Assembly (NCBI GenBank): GCA_964291415.2 | Contig: OZ219920.1 | Location: 640,001-704,000, forward strand | DNA length: 64,000 bases | Reading direction: 5' to 3' | DNA from: Alphaproteobacteria bacterium | GTDB taxonomy: Bacteria; Pseudomonadota; Alphaproteobacteria; SP197 | Program-made: the position numbers and the translations under genes | The notes under the pieces: model-generated | Told to the model about the DNA's origin: nothing | Database searches by the model: none | What the model saw: only the letters and a program-made list of their open reading frames with translations | Part shown: positions 26,332 through 37,727 of the stretch, piece by piece | How the letters are laid out: every line of letters starts with the position of its first letter | Position numbering within the stretch: the stretch's first letter is position 1

Positions 26332-26613
26332 TCACGAGTGCCGATCATGCCGGTTGATACCGCCGCACGTCGAACACGCCTGCATCCGTAACAGCAGGTC
26401 CATGCTGAGGCCGAACGCCTTCTCGACCCTGAGCGCCATCTCGGGCGACAACGAGGCGTTGCCGTTCACCAGGTCGGAGAGCGTCGCGCGGCGCACGCCG
26501 AGAATCCGCGCCGCCGCCGCAACGCTCAGCCCCAATTCCTCAAGGGCTTCGATCCGGATGAAGGTTCCGGGATGTGGGGGAGTCATCCCCATCTTGATGC
26601 CGCCCTCGCTCAT
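26332..26613 (-). CDS. higA: HigA-family antitoxin (XRE HTH); probable 1-nt slip near the C-terminus
   Basis: PPHPGTFIR...LGLSVAAAARILGVRRATLSDLVNGNASLSPEMALRVEKAFG. After LRMQA the expected W-F-D appears only if a G is added. Confidence 0.85.
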   Translation of the reverse strand: MSEGGIKMGMTPPHPGTFIRIEALEELGLSVAAAARILGVRRATLSDLVNGNASLSPEMALRVEKAFGLSMDLLLRMQACSTCGGINRHDRHS

Positions 26614-26684
26614 CAGTGGTGGTCCTCCAGGTTTACGCGCTCGGTCCCGCCGTCCCGCTCCTTGAAGGTGATCCGCCAGTTGTC
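26613..26684 (-). pseudogene. higB: C-terminal remnant of a HigB (RelE-fold) toxin
   Basis: Minus strand reads NWRITFKERDGGTERVNLEDHH*, with the stop overlapping the higA ATG; the rest of the gene is absent. Confidence 0.75.
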
Positions 26685-26694
26685 TGCCAAGGCG

Positions 26695-26812
26695 GTTTGG
26701 CAGCGGGTATTCGAGCCACTTGTCCGGTTCGACGAGGCACGAAGCCCCAACCAGGGTGGCACAGGACTGGGCCTCGCTGTAGCGCGGACTATCGTCTGCG
26801 GTCACGGCGGAA
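26695..26812 (+). pseudogene. Histidine-kinase HATPase_c fragment
   Basis: RVFEPLVRFDEARSPNQGGTGLGLAVARTIVCGHGG corresponds to the F and G2 boxes; no N-terminal part. Confidence 0.75.
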
Positions 26813-26932
26813 CGCATCGGGCGGTCATCGATCGAGTGCTGGTGCCGGATTGCTGTGAAGCCGACTCAACCGACTGTCTCTCGCCCCCTTGACGCGCTCT
26901 CACCAGGATCATCAACCCGCTGCAGAGCGCGA

Positions 26933-27676
26933 TCAAACCGACTGGAACTCCTTGCGGGCGAGGACCTGGATGCCCGGCTTGAGCACCAGGCGGCGGCGGA
27001 CGACGCAGAGCCGGTGGTTGGCCAGCAGCAGAGTGAGATTCGACGGATTGAAGTAGAGGCAATGATTGGGCGGCGTGAAGGCGTCCCACGCCGTGATATC
27101 CCGCGGGCGGCGCCAGTGGCTTATGTCCGGCGTCGTCAGGAAAAGCACGCCACCGGGAGCCATCAGTGCCACGATTGAAGAGAGAAACTGGTTGGCATCG
27201 GGGGCATGCTCGATAACCTCGGAGCAATAAACCACGTCGAAGAGACCGGCGTCAGGAGAGTACGTCTCCGCAGTTGCCTTCACGAAGCAGACGTCTGGAT
27301 AGTGCTCCCGTGCCCAGATGATGGAAATGGGATCCGGGTCAATGCCGCAACTCATGAAACCCCGTTCATGCATCGCCTGAGCCATGAAGCCGCCGTTGCA
27401 GCCCACGTCGAGAAAGCGCCGTCCTGTAGCCCACCGCGAAAGCCAGCGAGCTCTGCGACGACAACGGCGCAGCTTGGACGCGGCCTTCGGAAAGTACACC
27501 TTGGTCGTACCCCCGTAGCCTTCGGCATAGAGGGCTTGCAAGGTAGCGTCGTCGGGCATTGGATTCATGAAGACCAGACCGCAGTCGGGGCAACGGAAGA
27601 GCGTCAGGCCATCGTGGTTCAAATGCGGCTGGCCCGTGCTGCCGCACACCTGACAGGTCGCTCCCTTCTCGCTCAT
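26933..27676 (-). CDS. Class I SAM-dependent methyltransferase with N-terminal Zn ribbon
   Basis: CQVC...CPDC, FLDVGCNGG, DVVYCSEVIEH and PGGVLFLTTP motifs. Confidence 0.85.
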   Translation of the reverse strand: MSEKGATCQVCGSTGQPHLNHDGLTLFRCPDCGLVFMNPMPDDATLQALYAEGYGGTTKVYFPKAASKLRRCRRRARWLSRWATGRRFLDVGCNGGFMAQAMHERGFMSCGIDPDPISIIWAREHYPDVCFVKATAETYSPDAGLFDVVYCSEVIEHAPDANQFLSSIVALMAPGGVLFLTTPDISHWRRPRDITAWDAFTPPNHCLYFNPSNLTLLLANHRLCVVRRRLVLKPGIQVLARKEFQSV

Positions 27677-27962
27677 CTCACGTCGCATCCGTCTTTTCCC
27701 AGGCAAGCTTGGCGGCCTCGACGTACGGATTGAGGCGGTGCGTTTCACAAGATCTCGGTGCTTCAATCGACACGCCGCCGATCTCTTGGCTACGAAGAAT
27801 GCCCATGTCCGTCACTGCAACGCTCCTCCCAGGCCCCTTACCATGGTCCAGAGGCAGTCGCGAAGTCAGTTTCGATTGAATTGGAGGGGACTCCAGCCTG
27901 GGCCGCACCAGCATCTCGCGGTGTTGCGCGGCGCGGAACGTCCGCAGGAATGGAGACCCGGT

Positions 27963-28294
27963 CGAGCGCGCGATCCGTCACGAAGCGCGACAGGTCCGTA
28001 CTTGCCGCCTCAGCTACCCGGCCGATCCGTTCTCACTCCGCCGACAGCGGCTGACCGATCACCTGATCGATGATTCGCAAGATCTTCTCGCAGTCGGTGT
28101 ACACCTCCTCTTGCCGCCCCCTGCGGCCCGCGTTCAATTCCATCGAACTCACGCTCGAGGCATGGTTGCAAGAAGCCGCTCAGAGAACGGTCGTCGGCCT
28201 CGTGCGAGCGATCTGCAGGGGCCTCTCGCCGGAGAATTGCGGCAGATTGCTTCAGCTCTGCGGGAATGAACGCAACATGATCGGATTGCGCTCC
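27963..28294 (+). mobile_element. Internally deleted IS630-family remnant
   Basis: Degenerate transposase tail (VHLLLPP/LRPAFNSIEL...WLQEAAQRTVVGL...LSPENC) resembles LPPYSPDFNPIE...AAERT. Imperfect terminal inverted repeats GAGCGCgcGATCCGTCA (~27964) and TGATCGGATTGCGCTC (~28278). Confidence 0.55.
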
Positions 28295-28908
28295 AATGCC
28301 GCCGCCGCCCGCGCGAGCTCCTCGATCCTGGTCCAGTCACCAGCCGCGACGGCGTCCCTTGGTGCGACCCAGCTTCCGCCAACGCAGATGACGTTCGGGA
28401 TTGCCAGATAGCTGGCAGCGTTTTCCGCGGTGACGCCGCCGGTCGGGCAGAAGCGGATCTGCGGCAAAGGGGCGGCCCAGGCAGCCAGCACCGACGGCCC
28501 GCCGCTTGGGCCGGCGGGATAGAACTTCAGCACGTCAAGGCCGCGCTCCAGCGCTCGCATCGCCTCGCCCGGGGTCGCGACGCCGGGCAGCATCGGAAGA
28601 CCCGCATCCCCGGCGGCGTCGAGCAGGCTGTCGGTGAAGCCGGGGGAGACGCCGAACCGGGCGCCGGCGGCGGTCGCAGCGTGCACGTCCTCAGGCGTCA
28701 GCAGCGTTCCGGCACCCACCATGATGTCGGGTGTCGTCTCGGCGATGGCCCTCACGGAGTCGAGGGCAGCCGGCGTGCGCAATGTCACTTCAAGCACCCT
28801 CAGTCCGCCTCGGGACAGCGCCTGCGCCAGCGGCGCGGCCCGGGCGCTGTCCTCGATGGTCAGCACCGGAATGACCGGGACGGTCGCGCAGATGTCCTCG
28901 ACGTTCAT
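28252..28908 (-). CDS. eda: KDPG/KHG aldolase
   Basis: LEVTLRT, VGAGT, VSPG, LKFYPA, FCPTGG and CVGGSW motifs; start overlaps the pgi stop. Confidence 0.96.
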   Translation of the reverse strand: MNVEDICATVPVIPVLTIEDSARAAPLAQALSRGGLRVLEVTLRTPAALDSVRAIAETTPDIMVGAGTLLTPEDVHAATAAGARFGVSPGFTDSLLDAAGDAGLPMLPGVATPGEAMRALERGLDVLKFYPAGPSGGPSVLAAWAAPLPQIRFCPTGGVTAENAASYLAIPNVICVGGSWVAPRDAVAAGDWTRIEELARAAAALERNPIMLRSFPQS

Positions 28909-30467
28909 CGGCGGAGCTCCCTGATGCGGGTCACGAGTCCTGCGGTCGACGGGTCGAGCCTGGTATCGGGATCGCTCTCGCCGCGCATGACGGGAGCCAG
29001 GCGTTGCGCAAGCGCCTTGCCGAGTTCGACACCGAACTGGTCGAAGGAATTGATGCCCCAGATGACTCCCATCGTGACCGCCTTGTGTTCGTAGAGCGCG
29101 ATCAGGCGGCCGAGCGCAAACGCGTCGAGGCGGCGGTGCACTATGGTTGTCGAGGGTCGGTCTCCCGGGAAGGTCCGGTGCGGCGCCAGGCGTTCGGTCT
29201 CGGTTGGCGTCAGCCCGGCGCGGGCCTCGTCTTCGGTGCGGCCGAAGGCCAGTGCCGCGCTCTGCGCCAGGCAATTCGCGAGCAGCAGCGCGTGGTGATC
29301 CGCATCGGCACTGCGCGGGCAGGCGGCGGCAATGAAATCGACCGGGATGACGTCGCTACCCTGGTGCAGGAGCTGGAAGAACGAGTGCTGTGCGTTGGTG
29401 CCCGGCTCACCCCAGACGACGGGGCCGGTTGCGCTGCGGGTGGGATCACCTCCACGGGTGACGCGCTTGCCGTTCGACTCCATTTCAAGCTGCTGAACAT
29501 AGGCCGGAAACCGTTCGAGTCTCTGGTCGTAGGGAACGAGCGCCACGGTCGGCCAGCCCATCGCGTTGCGCCGCCAGATGCCGGCAAGGGCAAGAAGTAC
29601 CGGCAGATTCTCGTCCAACGCCGCCTCGCGGAAGTGCCGGTCCATGGCAGCGGCCCCCGCAAGAAAGGCCTGGAACCGCCCGGCGCCGACAGCGATCGCC
29701 AGGGGGAGCCCGATCGCACTCCAGAGCGAGTAGCGCCCGCCGACCCAGTCCCAGAAACCGAAGACTCGTTTCGGGGGTATGCCAAAGGCGGCGCATGCCG
29801 CGAGATTGGTCGACACCGCCGCCATGTTCTCCGCTGCGTGATCGCCGAGCCAGGCCCGGGCGGAGCGGGCATTGGTCATGGATTCGAGCGTCGTGAAGGT
29901 CTTTGAGGCGACGATGACCATCGTCGTGGCCGGATCGAGCCCTCCGAGCGTATCGGCGAGATGGGCGCCGTCGACATTCGACACGAAGTGCACTCGGGGC
30001 CCGTCGGCATCGGGCGACAGCGCCCGCACAGCCATGGCCGGGCCAAGGTCGGAACCGCCGATTCCAATGTTGATGACGTCGGTGAAGCGGCCGTCGCGAA
30101 CGCTCTCTGCAAAGGCGAGGAAATCAGCGCGTACACGATCGACGTCATCGCCAGGAGGAGGCATCGCACCGCCGCGCAGCGCCATGTGGAGCGCCGCCCG
30201 GTTCTCGGTCTCGTTGACCGGTGCGCCCGCGAACATCGCCTCGCGCCAACTCTCGACGTCAGCCGTTCGGGCGAGCGCGAGGAGCGCATCGAGTGCCGCC
30301 GTGTCGAGCTTTTCCTTCGAGAAGTCGAGAGTGAGATCGTCGAAGGTGAAGGAGAATCGCTTGAACCGTGACGGATCGCCGGCGAAGAGCGTGCGCAGAT
30401 GAATCGGGCGCAGGCGAGCGGCCTCGCGGCGAACCCGTTCCCAGGCTGCTTCGAGCGGCGTCATCAT
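28905..30467 (-). CDS. pgi: Glucose-6-phosphate isomerase
   Basis: NIGIGGSDLG, ASKTFTT, WDWVGGRYSLWS, QQLEMESNGK and SFDQFGVELGK motifs. Confidence 0.96.
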   Translation of the reverse strand: MMTPLEAAWERVRREAARLRPIHLRTLFAGDPSRFKRFSFTFDDLTLDFSKEKLDTAALDALLALARTADVESWREAMFAGAPVNETENRAALHMALRGGAMPPPGDDVDRVRADFLAFAESVRDGRFTDVINIGIGGSDLGPAMAVRALSPDADGPRVHFVSNVDGAHLADTLGGLDPATTMVIVASKTFTTLESMTNARSARAWLGDHAAENMAAVSTNLAACAAFGIPPKRVFGFWDWVGGRYSLWSAIGLPLAIAVGAGRFQAFLAGAAAMDRHFREAALDENLPVLLALAGIWRRNAMGWPTVALVPYDQRLERFPAYVQQLEMESNGKRVTRGGDPTRSATGPVVWGEPGTNAQHSFFQLLHQGSDVIPVDFIAAACPRSADADHHALLLANCLAQSAALAFGRTEDEARAGLTPTETERLAPHRTFPGDRPSTTIVHRRLDAFALGRLIALYEHKAVTMGVIWGINSFDQFGVELGKALAQRLAPVMRGESDPDTRLDPSTAGLVTRIRELRR

Positions 30468-30470
30468 CCT

Positions 30471-32285
<1,815 letters not shown>

Positions 32286-32306
32286 CGGCTTCTCACGGTC
32301 ATTGCT

Positions 32307-32960
32307 TCATGGAGCCCAGTAGACGCGGGCAGGGTTCGGCCCGTCCAGGACCAGCCGGACCGGGGCGTCGGAAGGCCCGGCCGCTGCCCATGCACGCTCG
32401 AGAGCTGCGCGTTTCCCTGCGCCATGGATCAGCACGCAACGCTGCGCCGCCCCGGTCAGCGCCGGTGCGGTCAGGGTGATGCGCTCCTCCTCGGCGCCGG
32501 GAGCGCGCAAGCGCAGAGCCGGCGTGCCGCACTCCGCCGAAAGCGCTTCGTCCAGGCGGTCGGCTTCGGGAAAGAGCGAAGCGACATGCAGATCCTCCCC
32601 CATGCCGAGCACGCAGGCATCAAGCGGCAGAAGCGCCGAGAGCGCCTGCGCATCTTCGAGTTCGACGTAGCGGGCTGCACGGGCCGGGCCGGCGAAGAGC
32701 GTCTCGTGGAGCAGGCGTCGGTTCGAGCGCGGGTGATCGGGCGCGACACAGCGCTCGTCGGTTGGCGTGACCGCCACCGCCGCCCAGTCGAGCTCGTGTC
32801 CGCCGAGTGCGACCAGGAAAGCCGCCGGAGTGCTGCCACCTGGAACCGCCAGCGCGGCGCCGCCGGCACTCTGGATCGCCGCTTCCAGCACCGCCGCGAT
32901 GTCGTCGGCCAGAAGTCGGGCGAGCGCACCCCGGTTCGCGGCCTCGATAACGGGCATCAT
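32307..32960 (-). CDS. pgl: 6-phosphogluconolactonase
   Basis: PGGSTP, TDERCV...SN and LGMGEDLHVASLFP motifs; ATGA overlap with zwf. Confidence 0.93.
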   Translation of the reverse strand: MMPVIEAANRGALARLLADDIAAVLEAAIQSAGGAALAVPGGSTPAAFLVALGGHELDWAAVAVTPTDERCVAPDHPRSNRRLLHETLFAGPARAARYVELEDAQALSALLPLDACVLGMGEDLHVASLFPEADRLDEALSAECGTPALRLRAPGAEEERITLTAPALTGAAQRCVLIHGAGKRAALERAWAAAGPSDAPVRLVLDGPNPARVYWAP

Positions 32961-34420
32961 GCCGCGAGAGCCCGCCAACGCCGGCCGTCGCGGTGCATCA
33001 GCATCATCGCATCCTCAGGTCCCGATGAGTAGTTGTCGTAGGGTTGCGGGCCCTCGGGCGCGGAGTCCGCCGAGGCAATGATCGGATCGATCCAGCGCCA
33101 GGCCGCTTCGACTTCATCATCGCGCATGAACAGCGTCTGATCGCCACGGATCACGTCCATCACGAGCCGCTCATAGGCACCCGGAATCCGCAGGCCTTGC
33201 GCGCCCAGGGCATTGGCGAAGGTCATGTCGAGCGGCACCTGGCACAACCGCATGCCGCCAGGCCCCGGTTCCTTGATGGTCAATCTCAGCGTGATCCCCT
33301 CGTCCGGCTGCAACCTGATCGCCAGCGCGTTCGGAGTTGTGCCACCCGCACTCGCAGGAAAAATGGAATGCGGCGTGTCCTTGAAGATGACGGCGATCTC
33401 GGACATTCGGGCCTGAAGTCGCTTTCCGGTGCGCAGATAGAACGGCGTTCCGTTCCAGCGCCAGTTGGCGATCTCTACCTTGATCGCCGCAAAGCTCTCC
33501 GTGCGCGATTCGGGATTTCCAGCATCCTCGACATAGCCAGGCTCGCCATTGGTGCCGCGATACTGGCCGAGCACGACGTCGCCAAGTCCTTCAAGCGGTT
33601 TCAGGCTGCGCAACACCTTGAGCTTCTCGTCGCGTACCGCGTCCGGTTCAAAATGCGCCGGAGATTCCATCGCGATGAGGCAAAGCAGTTGCAGAAGATG
33701 ATTCTGCATCATGTCACGAACGGCGCCGTTCTGGTCGTAGTAGGCGCCGCGGCCGCGGACGCCGACCCGCTCGGCGACGGTGATCTGCACATGGTCGACA
33801 TGGCGTGCGTTCCAGATCGGTTCGAACAGCGCATTGGCGAAGCGCAACGCCATGAGGTTCTGAACCGTCTCCTTGCCGAGAAAGTGGTCGATCCGGTAGA
33901 TCTGGCGCTCGTCGAATATCGTCGCAAGTTGGCGATTCAGATTGTGCGCGCTCGCGAAATCGTGACCCAGGGGCTTCTCGACGACCAGCCGGGTGTCCGG
34001 AGTCCGGCAGCCACTCGTCGCCAGCCGCTCGCTGATCGGAGCGAACAATTGTGGCGCCACCGACAGATAGAAGACCCGCATGCGCTCCGAGTCCCTGAGC
34101 CGGTCAAAAAGCGCAGCCCATCCGCCGTCGCCCGCCGCATCGGCGCGAACATAGTCGAGCGTGGCAAGAAACTCTGCCAGTCGGTCGGGGTCGAGCTGCT
34201 CGGGACCCACATGTTCGCGGAGCGCCGCCTCGACCCTGCGTCGAAAGCTGTCGGCGTCGAGGTCTCGTCGGGCAACGGCGATGATCCTCGAATCCGGCAA
34301 GGCCTGCCCTTCGAACATCCGGCGATAGAGCGCGGGCAAAAGCTTGCGCTGCGCGAGATCGCCCGTCCCGCCGAAGACCACGAGATCGAAGGGATCGACC
34401 GGAATGACACGCGCGACCAT
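32957..34420 (-). CDS. zwf: Glucose-6-phosphate 1-dehydrogenase
   Basis: FGGTGDLAQRKL, VEKPLG, RIDHFLGKETVQN, DMMQNHLLQ and PFYLRTGK motifs; start at MVARVIPVDPFD. Confidence 0.97.
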   Translation of the reverse strand: MVARVIPVDPFDLVVFGGTGDLAQRKLLPALYRRMFEGQALPDSRIIAVARRDLDADSFRRRVEAALREHVGPEQLDPDRLAEFLATLDYVRADAAGDGGWAALFDRLRDSERMRVFYLSVAPQLFAPISERLATSGCRTPDTRLVVEKPLGHDFASAHNLNRQLATIFDERQIYRIDHFLGKETVQNLMALRFANALFEPIWNARHVDHVQITVAERVGVRGRGAYYDQNGAVRDMMQNHLLQLLCLIAMESPAHFEPDAVRDEKLKVLRSLKPLEGLGDVVLGQYRGTNGEPGYVEDAGNPESRTESFAAIKVEIANWRWNGTPFYLRTGKRLQARMSEIAVIFKDTPHSIFPASAGGTTPNALAIRLQPDEGITLRLTIKEPGPGGMRLCQVPLDMTFANALGAQGLRIPGAYERLVMDVIRGDQTLFMRDDEVEAAWRWIDPIIASADSAPEGPQPYDNYSSGPEDAMMLMHRDGRRWRALAA

Positions 34421-35204
34421 GGCTAGGCCACTCCCGACCGGATCAGCTTTCGAGGAGCGCGCGCGTGGAACCCGGTCAAGGCGGTCCGCGAGGCCACCGG
34501 GCCGGGAATTCGCACGGTCGTGCGGCACGGACTTGCGTGGCTCCGCAATTGTCGGCAATCCCGCATGCCGAATGCGGGGTTGAACGGAGCATCTCCGGTT
34601 GTCCGGCCGATCGAGCGGGCGCGGCGGCCCACTGTCATGCCGCCGAGGCGGGCTCGCATCGATTCGGAACATCGTGATCGCAATGAAATGGGCGCCAGGG
34701 AGCAGGTTTTCGCGCCCGGGGCTGGAATCTCAGATTTCGGTGCTTTCTCGGTCGTCTGCCGTGGTTTCAGGAAGCCGGGGAAGCGGCATCCCTTTCGCCG
34801 TTTCGGAATTCTCGACGCGTCCGCGTGCTTCTCCCGGACACAGGCGCAGACGCCGTCGAACCGGTTGATGCGCTCCGGCGAACCCGTGTCTTGCGTGGCC
34901 CTGGACAGTCCCTCAACTTCCAGCGACATCCGACGCCCAGTTGCAATGTGGATCGTCTTGCCAGGAAGGTCGATATCGAAGCCCGTCTCCGACAGCGCAC
35001 ACGGCTTCATCGTGTCACAGGTGGCCATCGTGATGCTCCCTATCGGTATGCCTGTCGCGGTGACCCTGCACAATCCGAAGTTAAACGATTGATATAGGGT
35101 CGTTTATGTTCCATGACCGGCTGCACTGGAACGGATCCGCAACCGTCCGCTTCCTGTGTGCAGCCCGAACAAGGACAACGCTCGTGGTCGCAGACAACCC
35201 CGGC

Positions 35205-35370
35205 GATGTCCACATCAAGGCGCTCAACGCCTGCAGGACCGCATACGCCATCCGCGACGGCAAAATCAAGGCCTTGGGCGTCCGGATGCTGCCTTCGGGA
35301 GCGATCCGCTTCTTCGTTCGAGGCCCGTGTTGAGGGAAAGGGCGTGGATGATCGTCAGCGACGCAGTATT
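35205..35370 (+). mobile_element. Fragment of a tyrosine integrase N-terminal arm-binding domain (DUF4102-like)
   Basis: IKALNACRTAYAIRDGKIKALGVRMLPSGAIRFF then ..RAWMIVSDA resembles the D..L.GFGVRV.PSG.K.F...G motif; frameshifted and truncated. Confidence 0.65.
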
Positions 35371-35389
35371 CGAGTCCACGGCCAGGCGT

Positions 35390-35916
35390 GCCCGCCGCGA
35401 GGAGCACAATTCACCCTGGATCCGCTGTGGCGGTGCATCCCGTCCGATCCTTGCGAGAACAACGGCGGCCCGCGACGCGAATTCCATGTGGTGCGGAACA
35501 GGGACGGACCAGCCGGCAAGGAGTGACGTTGCCCGGATGTCAGGGCCGCTGGATGTTCGGGAGCTGAAGAGATTGCCTCTGGTTCGGCGTTGCGGATGTG
35601 AAGGCATCCATCACTCTGCACCGCCTTGGGGTCAGGGGGGTGCCGAGAGCAGGAATTCGACAAGTTCGGGTCGTCGCCAATTGCAGTTCAACCCGCCTCG
35701 GAACCGGAATGCCACTCAGGACGGGTGTCCCCGGGAGACGGAAGGCCTGTAGGCGAGGGTGAGGGTGGCCCGGTGGTCGGTGACGGTGGCGGCGCGAGGT
35801 GCGAATTCGACCTGGCGGTAGGCGTCGAAGACGGAGGCGGACTGGTGCTCGAGAAATCCGGCACAGGATGACGGTGGTGGCGCCAACGGCGTGGACCATG
35901 CCGATGAAGGGGGGCG
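35390..35916 (+). repeat. Diverged direct repeat, copy 1 (NYN tail remnant + spacer + decayed prmA 3' end)
   Basis: Colinear with 36633-37115, e.g. CAGGGACGGACCA-CCGGCAAGGAGTG, GGTGCCGAGAGCAGGA, TCGTCGCCAATTGCAGTTCAACC and CGGAACCGGAATGCCACTCA; carries an extra ~45 nt near 35561-35610. Confidence 0.9.
35716..35916 (-). pseudogene. prmA: Displaced 3' fragment of prmA
   Basis: GFLEHQSASVFDAYRQVEFAPRAATVTDHRATLTLAYRPS versus the intact GFLEHQSAPVLEAYRQAGYAPRATTVIDDWATLTLAHRPS. Confidence 0.85.
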
Positions 35917-36007
35917 ACGGCGCACCACGATTGCCGGCCACCGATCCCGGCATGGGCAACGACTGTCCAGGCAGGCTACACTGCAGCCCAGCGAGGAGTA
36001 TCGGCAC

Positions 36008-36265
36008 ATGCGCACCGTCGTTCGCGCACGCATCGACGAGAAGACCAAGGAAGAGGCCGCCGACGTGCTCGCAGCAATCGGCCTCACCGTGTCGGATGCC
36101 TTCCGTCTGATGATGGTGCGGATAGCGACCGAAAAACGCCTGCCCTTCGAGCCGCTGGTGCCGAACGCGGAAACCATTGCCGCTATGAAGGCGGCGAGGC
36201 GGGGCGAGCTGGTCACGGTCGGCGACGTCAACGGCCTGATTGCCGATCTCCATGCGGACGATTAG
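36008..36265 (+). CDS. dinJ: RelB/DinJ-family antitoxin
   Basis: VVRARIDEKTKEEAADVLAAIGLTVSDAFRLMM...LPFEPLVPNAETIAAM; GAGGAG RBS. Confidence 0.9.
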   Translation: MRTVVRARIDEKTKEEAADVLAAIGLTVSDAFRLMMVRIATEKRLPFEPLVPNAETIAAMKAARRGELVTVGDVNGLIADLHADD

Positions 36266-36533
36266 GCGGACCGCGGCCTTCAAACGAGACTACCGGCGCG
36301 AAGAGAGAGGTCGTTTCGCCGGGACCGTCGATGCCGAACTGGCGCATGTCGTGACCAATCTTGCGGAGGACCGGCCGCTGGCGCCGCGCCATCGGGACCA
36401 CGCGCTTGGCGGTCAGTGGTAGGACCACCGGGACTGTCATGTCCGGCCCGACCTGGTACTGATCTACCGCAAGCCCGACGCCGATCATCCCGATCTGGTG
36501 CGGCTTGGCTCGCACAGCGAACTCGGCCTCTGA
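36252..36533 (+). pseudogene. yafQ: YafQ-family toxin with in-frame TAG at 36420-36422
   Basis: MRTIRRTAAFKRDY...RDHALGGQW*DHRDCHVRPDLVLIY...LVRLGSHSELGL; full length apart from one stop codon. Confidence 0.88.
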
Positions 36534-36605
36534 CAGGCCGCACCGTGTGCGGACCTCGATCCCTGCCGCCCAACATGCGGCCTGCTGCCCTGTAGAATGT
36601 TCGGT

Positions 36606-36730
36606 GCACTCTTCGTGCCGGCGGCCAAGCTCGCCCGCCGCGAGGGCGTAGAGTTCATTCTGGATCCGCTGGGGCAACGTAGCCCGTCCGGTCTTTCCGG
36701 GCACACCAACGGCCTGCGCAGCGGGTTCTG
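36606..36730 (+). pseudogene. C-terminal remnant of an NYN (LabA/DUF88-like PIN) domain protein
   Basis: FVPAAKLARREGVEFILDPL...HTNGLRSGF matches the recalled NYN tail (D)FVPAAKLARREGIDFILDP; a more decayed copy (ARRE/AQFTLDPLW) lies at 35390-35490. Confidence 0.7.
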
Positions 36731-37115
36731 TGTGGCGAGGCACAGGGACGGACCATCCGGCAAGGAGTGGCGTTGTCCGGATGTCGGGGCCGCTGGATGT
36801 TCGGCAGCCGCGATCACTTTGCACCGCCTCGGGTCGAGGGGGTGCCGAGAGCAGGAGTTCGACATGTGCGGATCGTCGCCAATTGCAGTTCAACCGGCTT
36901 CGGAACCGGAATGCCACTCACAACGATTGTGCCCGGGAGGCGGAAGGCCTGTGGGCGAGGGTGAGGGTGGCCCAGTCGTCGATGACGGTGGTGGCGCGGG
37001 GCGCGTATCCGGCCTGGCGGTATGCTTCGAGGACGGGGGCGGACTGGTGTTCGAGAAAGCCTGACAGGATGACGGTGCTGGCGTTGATGGCGGGGGCCAT
37101 GGCGATGAGGGGGCG
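36633..37115 (+). repeat. Diverged direct repeat, copy 2 (overlaps the intact prmA 3' end)
   Basis: Colinear with 35390-35916. Confidence 0.9.
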
Positions 37116-37727
37116 GGCCAGGATGTTGGCGATGACGAGATCGAGGTGTGCCGGGGAGAAGGCGCCGAAGGCGCTTGCGCAGACGAGGTGGATGCGGTCG
37201 GCGAGGCCGTTCTCCGCGATCTGGCTCTGGGCAAAGGAGAGGGCGAGGGGGTCGTTGTCGACGGCGATGATGTGGCAGTCCCACAAGACGGCGGCGGCGA
37301 TCGAGAGAATGGCCGACCCGCATCCCATGTCGAGGACGGTGCCAGGCGATGGGTCGAGGGCGGCAAGGGCCTTCAGGCACCCGGCGGTGCTCGGGTGCTC
37401 GCCGGTGCCGAAACCGGCCCCGGCCCTCATGCGGATGAGGTGCCGAGATGTGTCCGCCGGGTCATCGCCGTGAACGATGGTGAAGGGCCCGACGACACGG
37501 GGCGGAAAGGAGCGGATGTTGTCCGCGACCCAGTCTTTCGCCGGCAGTTCATGGAGGGAGGGCGTGACGCCGAGATGTGTCTCGAGGTGCCGGCGCGCAC
37601 GTTCGGCTTCCTCGCGGCTGGCGAAGAGGGCCTGGACGCTCGAGCCGAAGAGGGACAGCGCCAGGGGCTCCAGGTCCTCGAGGAGGTCGTGTGCTCCTTC
37701 GTGCTCCGCCTCGAGCTGCCAGGTCAT
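36918..37727 (-). CDS. prmA: 50S ribosomal protein L11 methyltransferase
   Basis: DWVA..., AGAGFGTGEHPSTAGCL, VLDMGCGSAILSIAA, DNDP, ANILARPL and ILSGFL motifs; ATGA-coupled to uvrD. Confidence 0.9.
   Translation of the reverse strand: MTWQLEAEHEGAHDLLEDLEPLALSLFGSSVQALFASREEAERARRHLETHLGVTPSLHELPAKDWVADNIRSFPPRVVGPFTIVHGDDPADTSRHLIRMRAGAGFGTGEHPSTAGCLKALAALDPSPGTVLDMGCGSAILSIAAAVLWDCHIIAVDNDPLALSFAQSQIAENGLADRIHLVCASAFGAFSPAHLDLVIANILARPLIAMAPAINASTVILSGFLEHQSAPVLEAYRQAGYAPRATTVIDDWATLTLAHRPSASRAQSL

Noticed and set aside
34423-35097. Overlapping ORFs upstream of zwf
   Set aside because: No family recognised in any frame and no convincing RBS; may be a remnant but cannot be supported.
36420-36422. 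yafQ TAG as pyrrolysine or recoded stop
   Set aside because: No pyl genes in the window and many genes here end normally in TAG; a nonsense mutation is simpler.
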